Shown: one piece after another, positions 10,661 through 20,479 of the stretch
Numbering within the stretch: position 1 is the first letter of the stretch
Layout of the letters: every line of letters starts with the position of its first letter
Assembly (NCBI GenBank): GCA_949840805.1
Contig: CATKXR010000018.1
Location: 4,096 to 68,095, forward strand
Origin: an uncultured Lachnospiraceae bacterium
GTDB taxonomy: Bacteria > Bacillota > Clostridia > Lachnospirales > Lachnospiraceae
Length of the DNA stretch: 64,000 nt
Direction of reading: 5' to 3'
Program-made: the position numbers and the translations under genes
Notes under the pieces: model-generated
Seen by the model: the letters and a program-made list of their open reading frames with translations, nothing else
Databases searched by the model: none
Told to the model about the DNA's origin: nothing

Positions 10661-11986
10661 TTATTTTCTTTTCCATTTTCCAAACAATGTTTTTTTATAA
10701 CATTTGAGAGCTTCCGATGCTCCTGCGGTTCCTTTTGCAGCGGCTTTTTGATAATAAGAAACTGCCATGGGGATATTTTCCGGGACTCCGACGCCGCCAT
10801 CGTACATGTCCCCAAGAAATTTCCAGGCCAGGCTGTTGTTTTCCTGGGCGGCTTCCTCTAAAAGACGTTTTCCCCGGACCGTATCTGCAGAGATGCCTTT
10901 GCCGTAGAGACAGCAGTAACCCATCAGCTCTTTTGGATAATTCTGCCGTTCTTTCCTCAGCTCCTCCATCATACGGACTGCCATCTCATAATTGATTTCC
11001 GTACCCCGGCCCCAGAAATAGCAGTTGGCAAGAAAAGATTTGCAGGCCTGGTGTCCGCCGCGCCGAGCCTGGTCAAACCAGTAAAATGCCTGGGCAAAGT
11101 CTTTTGTACATCCCCATCCGTTGTAAAGACAGCGTCCTACATGGTAACAGCCGTATTCGTCTCCTCTGTCCGCGGCCATTTTAAAAAGTCCCAGAGCTTT
11201 GGCATCGTCTTCCTGCGCGCCTCTGTCGCCGTATAAATAGACAAGCCCTAAATCGACCATACAGGTAGAAAGATTTTCCCGGACGCCTTTTTCACACCAT
11301 CGGATGGCATCAGAATGGCGTTTTAATTTTTGATATTCCATAATGAAGGAATGGTAATAATCACGCATGTCCACTTTGCCGTCCATGGTTTCCGCCCAGC
11401 GGAGCGCTTCTTCCAGATTCATTTCCACGCCGTTTACGCCGTTCCGGACACTGTTGAAAGCGTTCCGGAAAGCAGGGATGCAGCCTTGTTCCGCGGATCG
11501 GCGGAACCATTTTAAAGCTTCTGCGGCATTTTCCTTTTCACATTTTGCGAATTGTTCCCTGGACGGTTTCTGGAAATGGAGAAGCATATCCCCCCAGAAA
11601 TAAAACAGTCCGATGGCATATTGAGCCATAGGGTCTCCGTTTTCTGCCATGGCAAGCACGTCTTTATAGGCATCTTCCAGAGAGCCGGTCATGGCTCTTT
11701 CAATGTCACCTTTCAGGATATCCATGCGGTCCGCGCCCAGTACGCAGAGCGAGCTGCCCAGTTCAATGCCTCGTTTGGACAGTCTTTTTGCTTTTCGTTC
11801 ATCGTCTTTTACATTTCCGTCGCCCCAGCCGTAGCATCTGGCAAGAAAATAGAACGCATGAGGTTCTTCATTTTCCACTGCCTGTTCCAAAAGCTTTACT
11901 CCGTCAGGGAATTTTGAAGGATCAGACTGGAAATAGAGAAGATGGATGCCTTCATTTAAAGTATCGGAATAATAATAGCTGTTCAT
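10661..11986 (-). CDS. Sel1-like (SLR/TPR) repeat protein
   Basis: Repeated A..LG..Y..G.G...D...A..WF..AA..G units. Confidence 0.85.
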   Translation of the reverse strand: MNSYYYSDTLNEGIHLLYFQSDPSKFPDGVKLLEQAVENEEPHAFYFLARCYGWGDGNVKDDERKAKRLSKRGIELGSSLCVLGADRMDILKGDIERAMTGSLEDAYKDVLAMAENGDPMAQYAIGLFYFWGDMLLHFQKPSREQFAKCEKENAAEALKWFRRSAEQGCIPAFRNAFNSVRNGVNGVEMNLEEALRWAETMDGKVDMRDYYHSFIMEYQKLKRHSDAIRWCEKGVRENLSTCMVDLGLVYLYGDRGAQEDDAKALGLFKMAADRGDEYGCYHVGRCLYNGWGCTKDFAQAFYWFDQARRGGHQACKSFLANCYFWGRGTEINYEMAVRMMEELRKERQNYPKELMGYCCLYGKGISADTVRGKRLLEEAAQENNSLAWKFLGDMYDGGVGVPENIPMAVSYYQKAAAKGTAGASEALKCYKKTLFGKWKRK

Positions 11987-12114
11987 GGTTTGTACTCTCT
12001 TTCTGCAGTAGTTCCTGTATTTTTTGCCGTCTTGCAATAACGTCCGGCCTATGTGACATGCTATCATATGCGAGTATCAATGTCAATAAAGGGTTTTCAT
12101 CCGTTAAGGAGAAC

Positions 12115-12183
12115 CATAGGAAATGTTGTATGATTCATATATAAAACCATGTATTTTACTTGAAGAAATACAGCAATTAAAAT
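12115..12183 (+). promoter_or_regulatory. SigA-type promoter with upstream dyad operator (likely LysR site), copy 1
   Basis: CATA-N10-TATG and ATA-N10-TAT, then TTTACT(12155-12160)-17 nt-TAAAAT(12178-12183); a near-identical block lies at 14908. Confidence 0.7.
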
Positions 12184-12483
12184 AAAGGAAAAGGACGCTC
12201 TATGGGTAATACATAAAATTGTGTTGAAAACTTTCAAATCAGTCAGCTATTGGCACAAACAGGAAACGTTACCAGGAGGGTTTCTGATATTAAAAAAGGG
12301 GAAGGGGGACGGAATTTCGATTTAACGGTAACAAGGAAGGAATGGTAACGGTTCGGGGGATAAATCTGAACTGTCGGCGCAACCAGCAAGGGGTTGTTTG
12401 AGAGCGTCTGCCCGTTACCAAAGGAGAGAGGCTGTCCGGAGGATCGGAACGGCTGTTATAATGGCAAAAAGGAGAGTACGGAT

Positions 12484-13794
12484 ATGGAAACAAATGAAGT
12501 TGCAAAAAAAGAACTGAAGTTGGGAGGACTTCCCTGGTGGCAGGCGATCGTGGCGATTGTGCTCTGCGCGATTCCCATGTACTGGGGGATTCAGTCCAGC
12601 AGTATGGCAGGAACCTTGTGTTCGTGTTTTGCCCTGGCTGTGGTGTTCAATGAGTTTGGCGAGCGTCTGCCCATCTGGAACAATTATATCGGCGGCGGGC
12701 TTTTGATGGCATTTTTCGGAGTGGCGATCTTAAAGTATTTCGGGATGATTCCGGAGGAGGCCATCACCAATATTAACAGCTTTGTGTCGGAGGATGCCAA
12801 TTTCCTGGAGTTTTTTATCGTGATTCTGATTGTGGGTTCGGTGCTGGCCCTGGATCGTGACATTCTGCTGCGGTCCTTCGGCGGATATATTCCGGCGATC
12901 TTAGGCGGTCTGGTGGCGGCCAGTATTCTGGGCGTGGTGACGGGGCTGATTTTCGGAGTGTCCCCGGCAGATTCTATCATCAAGTATGTGCTCCCCATTA
13001 TGGGCGGCGGAAACGGTGCGGGGGCGGTTCCCTTAAGTAATATTTATGAGACAGTGACCGGTGATGCGGCGGCCAACTATTATGGCTTCGCCATTATTAT
13101 TCTGACTATCGCCAATATTTTCTCCATTATCGGCTCAGCGCTTTTAAATACTGTCGGACAGAAATATCCGGCTCTGACAGGAGACAAGAAAACCCTTCTG
13201 CGTAAGGGCGGGAGCATTACCCGCGATGACACAAAGATCAAGACTACCACGGAAGACATGATGGGGGCGCTTCTGCTGGCATTTGCCTGTTTTGCCGTGG
13301 GGCGGATCATGAACAAGAAGCTTCTGCCCACCATCGCAGGGGCAGCGATCCATCAGTATGCGTATCTGATCATTTTTGTGGTGATTCTGGCGGCTACCGG
13401 TATGATTCCGGCCAATGTGCGGGCAGGGGCCAAGCGGCTGCAGAGCTTTATGTCAGGCGGCATGGGCATTATCATCATGGTTGGCATGGGCGCTGATTTT
13501 GATATTGCGGAGCTGTTCTCAGCCATGACCCCGGGAAATGTTCTGATGGCTATGATGATTGTGATCGGCGCTATCATCGGCGCCGGCGGGGTCGGCTATC
13601 TGGTGGGCTTTTATCCGGTGGACTCGGCTCTCACGGCCGGCCTTTGTATGGCAAACCGGGGCGGAAACGGAGATCTGGCCTGTCTGGGCGCTGCTGACCG
13701 TATGGATCTGATCGCTTATGCACAGCTTTCTTCCCGTCTGGGCGGCGGAATCGTGCTGATTATCGCTTCCTTTATCTTCTCCTTCTGGTTGTAA
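12484..13794 (+). CDS. 2-hydroxycarboxylate transporter family (CitS/MaeN/CimH-like citrate/malate carrier)
   Basis: PIMGGGNGAGAVPLS, MANRGGNGD and AQLSSRLGG signatures; many TM segments. Confidence 0.9.
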   Translation: METNEVAKKELKLGGLPWWQAIVAIVLCAIPMYWGIQSSSMAGTLCSCFALAVVFNEFGERLPIWNNYIGGGLLMAFFGVAILKYFGMIPEEAITNINSFVSEDANFLEFFIVILIVGSVLALDRDILLRSFGGYIPAILGGLVAASILGVVTGLIFGVSPADSIIKYVLPIMGGGNGAGAVPLSNIYETVTGDAAANYYGFAIIILTIANIFSIIGSALLNTVGQKYPALTGDKKTLLRKGGSITRDDTKIKTTTEDMMGALLLAFACFAVGRIMNKKLLPTIAGAAIHQYAYLIIFVVILAATGMIPANVRAGAKRLQSFMSGGMGIIIMVGMGADFDIAELFSAMTPGNVLMAMMIVIGAIIGAGGVGYLVGFYPVDSALTAGLCMANRGGNGDLACLGAADRMDLIAYAQLSSRLGGGIVLIIASFIFSFWL

Positions 13795-13797
13795 GCT

Positions 13798-14625
13798 ATG
13801 GTTGCTTATTTCCGAAAACAGAACAATTTGTTTATGGCTCTGGGAGCCCTGGCGGGATTTCTGGCTATGTCTGGCGCAGGCCGGGCATGGCTGGCCTCCC
13901 AGGCCGGTTATATCCAGGGATTTCTGATGATTCTTGCCGTGTTTATGGGGGCGGTGGCGGGAAGGCTTGGGTCAGCGTTTCTGGCTACGAGACGGATTGC
14001 CCGAATCACGGCTCTCCTTTATCAGGAGGGACAGCCGGAACTGTTTATGGAGAAATTTGCGGGAATCCTAAGGAAAACGCCGAAGAACACGGCAGAGTAT
14101 GTGGACGGAAGCAACAAGATGGCCTATGCCCTGGAGGCTTTGGGGGAATTTGACCGGGCTATGGAAATTGTGGATGGGCTGAAGCCGGAAGAGCTGGGGC
14201 TTCATTCCTTATCCTGCCAGGCGCTTACGGCCAACCAGCGGCTGCGGCTGTATCTTCTCAAGGGGGATACGGTTCTGGCCGGGGAGGAGTTGGTCCGCCT
14301 GGCCGGTTTCTGGCAGCAGGCGGGGGGCAGGGCACCTATGCTGGCCGCCAATCTGAAGGAATGTGTGTATTTGGGGGAGAATTGGCTGAAGGTTTTGATG
14401 GGACAGAAGGCGGATGAGGAATATCTTCGCCAGGAGATTGCCTTTGCAAAAAACAGGATTCATAAGGGAGAGATGCTGATACTTCTGGGCAGGTATCTGC
14501 GGCAGGAGGGACGGGCCGAGGAGGCAAAAGAGCTTTTTCGGGAAGCCTGTGCTTGCGGGGAGGGCCTCTATGCGGGACGGCTGGCAGAGGGGCTGCTAGA
14601 GCGTGTGCATGAAGGTTTGGTATGA
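13798..14625 (+). CDS. Membrane-anchored TPR-like protein
   Basis: Two N-terminal hydrophobic helices followed by helical TPR-like repeats. Confidence 0.65.
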   Translation: MVAYFRKQNNLFMALGALAGFLAMSGAGRAWLASQAGYIQGFLMILAVFMGAVAGRLGSAFLATRRIARITALLYQEGQPELFMEKFAGILRKTPKNTAEYVDGSNKMAYALEALGEFDRAMEIVDGLKPEELGLHSLSCQALTANQRLRLYLLKGDTVLAGEELVRLAGFWQQAGGRAPMLAANLKECVYLGENWLKVLMGQKADEEYLRQEIAFAKNRIHKGEMLILLGRYLRQEGRAEEAKELFREACACGEGLYAGRLAEGLLERVHEGLV

Positions 14626-14907
14626 AAAATAAAGATTTTCGGTCAGGCAGGGGAGGGAAAGCCGTCAAAGGAGATTCCTCCTTTCTCTCTGCATTATAGC
14701 AGGATATTTCATTCTTCTTTTTCATATATCTTGCGGTTTTAAGGGCAAATATTTACCCGTATACAACAGTCTGCCTCGATAAGAAAGATTTTTAGCCATT
14801 TTCCAAACTTCCCCGTATTAAGAAGCAAGGAACAGGGTCTTTTTCTGTTGTGAGAATTCTTTTGGCTTATATTGGGCAGGAAAGCGGGCGGGAAATAGAC
14901 AATTGCT

Positions 14908-14976
14908 CATAGGAAGAATTGTATGATAAACATACAAAATCATATATTTTACTTATAGAAAAAATAGAATTATAAT
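14908..14976 (+). promoter_or_regulatory. SigA-type promoter with upstream dyad operator (likely LysR site), copy 2
   Basis: Same 47-nt block as at 12115; TTTACT(14948-14953)-17 nt-TATAAT(14971-14976). Confidence 0.75.
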
Positions 14977-15121
14977 ATTTTTACAGAAAAAGAATTTTCT
15001 GGTTTTGCTACAGAAAGAGCCGACTGGAGACAGGGGCGGAGAGGGGAAAGAAGAAGCGTCTGAAAAAAGAAACCGTGCTTTCAGGAGAAGCCTGGTTTGC
15101 AGAGAAATGGGGGAAGAAATA

Positions 15122-15736
15122 TTGACGGAGGAAAGGAAGACGTTAATCGAACGTCTGCGGGATTTTACCACTTCGGAGCTGTGTGACGGAGCGGGGCTGT
15201 ATCATTCCATGGAGTATACTATCAAGCCGTGGATAAACGGGGCGAGGATAGCCGGGCCGGCTCTTACGGTAGATGTGCCCAGCGGGGAAGGAGCCATTGT
15301 GGCAGACGCCATCCTGGCGGCAGCGGAAGGGGATGTGATCGTTGTGGCCGGCAGGGGAAACTGCAGCTGTTCCTACTGGGGAGACCACCGAAGCTTCTGC
15401 GCCCGGATGAAAAAGGCGGCGGGCGTGGTGATTGACGGGGCATTTCGGGATGTGGAGGAGTGCGAGGAAGTGGGATTTCCGGTTTTTGCCAGGGGAATAA
15501 CCTGCGGGACGGCGGGAAAAAGCGGAGCAGGAGCAATCAATGTGACAGTTAGCTGCGGAGGCGTAACCGTGCGTCCAGGGGATATTGTGGTGGGAGACCG
15601 AAACGGTGTCTGCGTTATCAGGCCGGAGGAAGCGGAAGAGATCATGGCGCAGGCGCTGCGAAAGCGGGAAAAGCAGAAAACGCTGGTGGAGGAGATGAAG
15701 CGGACGGGCGTGGTAATGACGAAGGTGAAGCTTTAG
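15122..15736 (+). CDS. RraA family / HMG-CHA aldolase-like protein
   Basis: GPALTV, YWGD, GVVIDGAFRD, PVFARG, VRPGDIVVGDRNGV; start uncertain (15107 ATG or 15122 TTG). Confidence 0.85.
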   Translation: MTEERKTLIERLRDFTTSELCDGAGLYHSMEYTIKPWINGARIAGPALTVDVPSGEGAIVADAILAAAEGDVIVVAGRGNCSCSYWGDHRSFCARMKKAAGVVIDGAFRDVEECEEVGFPVFARGITCGTAGKSGAGAINVTVSCGGVTVRPGDIVVGDRNGVCVIRPEEAEEIMAQALRKREKQKTLVEEMKRTGVVMTKVKL

Positions 15737-15860
15737 GGGAAGTGCGAAATGGTAAGAGGAATGTTGGTGACAGAAGGAAGAGGCAATTCGCAAGCATAAC
15801 ACAGTCCTGGAAGCAAAACAGAACCGTGAAATATATGATAAAAATGTGGAGGGAAAAAAC

Positions 15861-17822
15861 ATGGCACAAAATCTGACAAGGAAAATCCTGGCGTCTCATC
15901 TGGCAAAGCCGTCTGAGATGAAGGCAGGGGAGGAGATCTATCTCAAGGTGGATCAGACACTGACCCACGATATCAATGCGGTAATGACCTATCTGGCCTT
16001 TGAAGCCGTGGGCATTGACCGGGTGCGGACGGAATGCAGCGTCAGCCATCTGGATCACAATCTGTTGTATCTGGATCACAAGACGCCGGACGATCATATT
16101 TATTTACAGTCAGTGGCTAAAAAATACGGGGTGTATGTGTCCAGGCCAGGAAACGGCATCTGCCACGCCATTCAGGTAGCCCGGTTCGGGGCGCCGGGAA
16201 AGCTTTCCATGGGCGGGGACAGCCATACTCCTCATGGGGGAGCCATCGGGATGCTCTGTATCGGAGTGGGAGGCATGGACGTGGCCACAGCTATGACCGG
16301 CGTTCCCATGCGGCTGAAAATGCCAGAGGTGATTCGGGTGAATCTGACTGGCAGGCTGAGGCCGGGATGCAACGCCAAGGAAGTGATTCTGGAAATGCTG
16401 CGCCGGGTGACGGTCAAGGGCGGACTGGGGAAGGTATTTGAGTATGTGGGGTCGGGGGTGGAGACTTTGGAGGTCTCGGCTCGGGCCACCATCGCCAATA
16501 TGGGAGCCGAGATGGGAGCTACCACTTCCATTTTCCCGGCGGATGAGCAGGTGCGCAGGTTCATGAAGGCCCAGGAGAGGGAAGATGAGTACATACAGAT
16601 GCTTCCGGATGAGGGATGCAGCTATGACGGGGAGATGGAGATCAACTTAAGCGAGCTGGAGCCGCTGATTGCCTGTCCTCACCAGCCGGACAATGTGACT
16701 ACCATCCGGGAGGTGGAAAAGAAGAAGGTGCAGCAGGTGATGATCGGAAGCTGTACCAATGCCAGCTACCGGGATATTGCCAAAGCCGCCCTGGTGCTAA
16801 AAGGGCATCATGTCCATGAGGATGTAAGCTGTACCTGCGCCATTTCTTCCAAGCAGATTTACAAGCAGCTAATGCGGGACGGCTACGTGGAAATGTTGAT
16901 GGATGCCGGGGTGCGGCTTTTGGAGCTGGCCTGCGGCCCCTGCTGTGCCATCGGCCAGTCGCCGGCCACTAATGGAGTGGCAGTGCGCACCACCAATCGG
17001 AATTTCAAGGGCCGTGCAGGCAACCCCACAGCTCAGGTGTATCTGGTGAGCCCGGAGAGCGCCGCGGCAACGGCTGTCACGGGAACCTTTACCACGGCTC
17101 GTGAGCTGATGGGAGAGAATGTGAAAATCCTTGATGAGGTGAAGGAGCCGGATTCCTATCCGGTGGATGATTCCATGATCATTCCCCCGCTGCCGCCGGA
17201 GGAAGCGGCCAGGGTGGAGGTCGTAAGAGGGCCGAATATCAAGCCTCTGCCCATACCTGATGCGCCGGAGCAGTATTTAAATGCAAAGATCAGCTTAAAG
17301 ACCGTGGACAACATTACCACAGACGACATCACACCGGCCAGCGCGGAATTTTCCAGCATGCGCTCCAATATTCCGCTGATGTCCCAGTACTGTTATCATC
17401 GGTATGACCCGGATTTTGCAGCCAGGGCGAAGGAGCTGGGCAAGAGCATAATCATCGGCGGGGAGAATTACGGCCAGGGATCTTCGAGAGAGCATGCGGC
17501 CATCAATCCCATGTATCTGGGGGTGAAGGTGGTGATTGCCAAGAGCATTGCCAGGATTCACAAGGGTAATCTGGTGAATCACGGAATTATCCCCATGATC
17601 TTTGCAGATCCGGCGGACTATGACAAGCTGGAGTTGATGGATGAGCTGGAGATCGAAAACCTTCGGGAGCAGTTAAAGACGAGGAAAGTGACGGTTCGGG
17701 ATAAGACGAAGGATGTCTCCTTCCAGGCAAAGGTGGAGCTGTCAGACAGCGAGCTGGAAGTAATTTTGTGCGGGGGGCAGCTGCGGTATCTGAAGGAGCA
17801 GCTTGCTGGAGCGGAAGGATAA
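15861..17822 (+). CDS. Aconitate hydratase (aconitase family, single chain)
   Basis: DHN, GNGICH, DSHT, IGSCTN, CGPC, NRNFKGR, TTDDITP, NYGQGSSREHAA. Confidence 0.9.
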   Translation: MAQNLTRKILASHLAKPSEMKAGEEIYLKVDQTLTHDINAVMTYLAFEAVGIDRVRTECSVSHLDHNLLYLDHKTPDDHIYLQSVAKKYGVYVSRPGNGICHAIQVARFGAPGKLSMGGDSHTPHGGAIGMLCIGVGGMDVATAMTGVPMRLKMPEVIRVNLTGRLRPGCNAKEVILEMLRRVTVKGGLGKVFEYVGSGVETLEVSARATIANMGAEMGATTSIFPADEQVRRFMKAQEREDEYIQMLPDEGCSYDGEMEINLSELEPLIACPHQPDNVTTIREVEKKKVQQVMIGSCTNASYRDIAKAALVLKGHHVHEDVSCTCAISSKQIYKQLMRDGYVEMLMDAGVRLLELACGPCCAIGQSPATNGVAVRTTNRNFKGRAGNPTAQVYLVSPESAAATAVTGTFTTARELMGENVKILDEVKEPDSYPVDDSMIIPPLPPEEAARVEVVRGPNIKPLPIPDAPEQYLNAKISLKTVDNITTDDITPASAEFSSMRSNIPLMSQYCYHRYDPDFAARAKELGKSIIIGGENYGQGSSREHAAINPMYLGVKVVIAKSIARIHKGNLVNHGIIPMIFADPADYDKLELMDELEIENLREQLKTRKVTVRDKTKDVSFQAKVELSDSELEVILCGGQLRYLKEQLAGAEG

Positions 17823-17902
17823 GAGAGCAGAAAAGAAGAAACCGAAAGAGACAGATAGCGAAAAATAAAAGAAATGAAATAAAAATATAAGGAGAAGAGG
17901 AA

Positions 17903-19063
17903 ATGAGCGGGATTAAGGCAGCACAGGAAAAGTTCGGGGAATTGATTCAGTCGGAATTTGAGCGGATTGAGCGGATGAAGAAGGACAGCGAGATCACCGA
18001 CTATTCTAAGATTGACAAGATTGTGGTGGGAGTATTGCCGGGAGACGGAATCGGGCCGATCATCATGGAGCAGGCGTTGCGGGTGCTTCGCAATCTGATG
18101 GGGCCGGAGGTTGAGAGCGGAAAGGTGGAGATCCGGATTATTGAAGGCATGACCATTGAGAACCGCGCCGCAAAGCTCCAGAGCCTTCCTGATGAGGTCT
18201 TTGAGGAAGTGAAGAAATGCAATGTGATCTTAAAGGGGCCGATGGTGACTCCCAGGGCTTCGGATCCGTGGCCGAATCTGGTCAGTGCCAACAGCCTGCT
18301 GCGCCGGGGGCTGGAATTGTTTGCGGCTGTCCGCCCCATCAAGATTCCGGACAAGAATATTGACTGGACGTTTTTCCGGGAAAATATCGAGGGAGAATAT
18401 ATCTGGGGAAATAAGGGGATTCAGGTCAGTGAGGATCTGGCCGTGGACTTCAAGGTGCAGACAAAGCAGGGAAGCGAGCGGATTGCCCGGGCAGCCTTTG
18501 ATTTTGCCAGAAAGAACGGAAAGAAAAATGTTACCATTGTCACCAAGGCCAATATTGTCAAGCTGGCGGACGGCAACTTTATCAAGGCTGTGAGAAAGGT
18601 GGGGGAGGAATATCCGGAAATCGAGATTCAGGAGCGGCTGGTGGACGCCATGTGCGCCAAGATGCTGGATCCGGAATTTAACAAGGGGATCGAAGTGATC
18701 GTCCTTCCCAACCTGTACGGGGATATTGTGACGGATGTGGCGGCAGAGCACCAGGGCGGCTTAGGCACGGCCTCCTCCTCCAACCTGGGCAATAAATACG
18801 CTATGTTTGAGGCGATTCACGGGACGGCTCCTTTCCTGATCGAGCACAACCGGGGAGAGTATGCGGATCCCTGCAGCCTGATCCGCGCGGTGGGCATGAT
18901 GATGGCCCACATCGGCTATGGAGACCGGAAGCAAATCCTGGATAAGGCTCTGGATATCTGTACCGTCACAGAGCGGAAGGTGGTGCTGACAACCTTCCGG
19001 GAGGATGCAAGCGCGAAGGAATTTACGGATTATCTGCTGGAAACCATTGACGGATTGAAATAG
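17903..19063 (+). CDS. Isocitrate/isopropylmalate dehydrogenase family enzyme (isocitrate-type SxN motif)
   Basis: PGDGIGP, SANSLLRR, RENIEGEY, KANI, NLYGDIVTD, FEAIHGTAP. Confidence 0.88.
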   Translation: MSGIKAAQEKFGELIQSEFERIERMKKDSEITDYSKIDKIVVGVLPGDGIGPIIMEQALRVLRNLMGPEVESGKVEIRIIEGMTIENRAAKLQSLPDEVFEEVKKCNVILKGPMVTPRASDPWPNLVSANSLLRRGLELFAAVRPIKIPDKNIDWTFFRENIEGEYIWGNKGIQVSEDLAVDFKVQTKQGSERIARAAFDFARKNGKKNVTIVTKANIVKLADGNFIKAVRKVGEEYPEIEIQERLVDAMCAKMLDPEFNKGIEVIVLPNLYGDIVTDVAAEHQGGLGTASSSNLGNKYAMFEAIHGTAPFLIEHNRGEYADPCSLIRAVGMMMAHIGYGDRKQILDKALDICTVTERKVVLTTFREDASAKEFTDYLLETIDGLK

Positions 19064-19174
19064 TCCATGGGCTATGAAAACGACTGTGATGGATTGAAAC
19101 CAACTGCGAGTCTGAAGAATGGCAGACCTGTGGCTGATAAATCGGGGATGAAGCCAGGTGGGCATACACAGAAT

Positions 19175-19284
19175 GGAGGAAGCGCCCTCCGGGCGTACCA
19201 GGATGTCCAGAAAACATGGACGAGAAGGAGGAAGCGCCCTCTGGGCGTACCAGGATGTCCAAAATGCATGGACGAGAAGGAGGA
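19175..19284 (+). repeat. 52-bp tandem duplication (2 copies plus GGAGGA) upstream of the PrpF gene
   Basis: GGAGGAAGCGCCCTCYGGGCGTACCAGGATGTCCA...CATGGACGAGAA at 19175-19226 and 19227-19278. Confidence 0.9.
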
Positions 19285-19287
19285 AAA

Positions 19288-20424
19288 ATGAGAAAATATA
19301 AGACAGTATTTATGCGGGGCGGCACCAGCAAGGGCTGTATGTTTCATCGGGAGGATTTGCCAGAAGACCGGTCTTTGTGGGACAGCATTTTTTTGCAGGC
19401 CATGGGAGACCCGGATCCGAAACAGATTGACGGCATGGGAGGCACCGTGTCCTCCAACAACAAAATCGTCATTGTGTGGAAAAGCGACGAGCCGAATGTA
19501 GATGTGGAGTACCTGGTAGGTCAGGTGATTGTGGGAAAAAGCCAGGTGGATTACAAGTCCAACTGCGGAAACATGACCGCTGCCGTGGGACCCTATGCGG
19601 TGGAGGAGGGCATGGTGGAGGCAGCAGAGCCGGCTGTCACTGTGCGTATGCTGAACCGGAATACGGACAAGTACATCAATGTGGTGGTACCTTGTGAAAA
19701 CGGGACCTTTGCCCAGGACGGAGACTGCCGGATAGCCGGGGTTGACGGGACGGCGGCAGAGCTGAAGGTGAATTTCTTAAATCCGGCCGGGGCCAAGACC
19801 GGAAAGCTTCTTCCTACGGGAAACGTGCTGGACGTGCTGGACATTCCGGGATTCGGCAAAATCGAGGCTACTATCCTGGATGTCTCCAATCCCATGGTTC
19901 TGGTGCGGGCAGAGGATATCGGCATGACGGGCACGGAGCTGCCGGAGGAGATCAACCAGAATGGAAGAGTGTGCGGCCTGCTGGAGAAAATCAGGGGTAC
20001 GGCGGCCTGCCTCATGGGCTTTGCCAAAGATTTGGAGGACGCTGCCGCCAATTCTCCGGCCGTTCCCAAGGTGGGGTTCTTTACGAAGCCGGTATCCTTT
20101 ACGGACATAGCCGGGCAGACCGTGGAGAAGGGAGATATGGATCTGTGCGCCAGGGTGATTTCTGTGTTTAAATGTCATAAGGCCTGTCCCCTCACCTCGG
20201 CAAGCTCCATTTCCGTAGCAGCGTTTTTGGAGGGCTCCGTGATCCGGAACACAATCGGAGCGCCGGCAGAGGGCCGGGAGACCGTGCGTATCGGCCATCC
20301 CAGCGGGGTGATGACCATGTATCCCTACATAGAGAAGGAGAATGGAGAGCTGCGGCTGCCCAGCGTGGCGGTGCAGAGGACGGCCAGGAGAATCATGGAA
20401 GGGACATTGTATATCCGGAATTAG
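19288..20424 (+). CDS. PrpF family isomerase (aconitate/methylitaconate isomerase, YbhH-like)
   Basis: MRGGTSKG, QIDGMGG, NCGN, HKACPLT, IGHPSG, RTARRIMEG. Confidence 0.92.
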   Translation: MRKYKTVFMRGGTSKGCMFHREDLPEDRSLWDSIFLQAMGDPDPKQIDGMGGTVSSNNKIVIVWKSDEPNVDVEYLVGQVIVGKSQVDYKSNCGNMTAAVGPYAVEEGMVEAAEPAVTVRMLNRNTDKYINVVVPCENGTFAQDGDCRIAGVDGTAAELKVNFLNPAGAKTGKLLPTGNVLDVLDIPGFGKIEATILDVSNPMVLVRAEDIGMTGTELPEEINQNGRVCGLLEKIRGTAACLMGFAKDLEDAAANSPAVPKVGFFTKPVSFTDIAGQTVEKGDMDLCARVISVFKCHKACPLTSASSISVAAFLEGSVIRNTIGAPAEGRETVRIGHPSGVMTMYPYIEKENGELRLPSVAVQRTARRIMEGTLYIRN

Positions 20425-20479
20425 GAGTGGGTTTCGGGCAGGTATAAAGAAGAAAGCAAAAAAGCGAGGGAGAAGGAAT

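Noticed and set aside
19175-19284. Possible CRISPR mini-array
   Set aside because: Contiguous tandem units with no unique spacers and no cas genes
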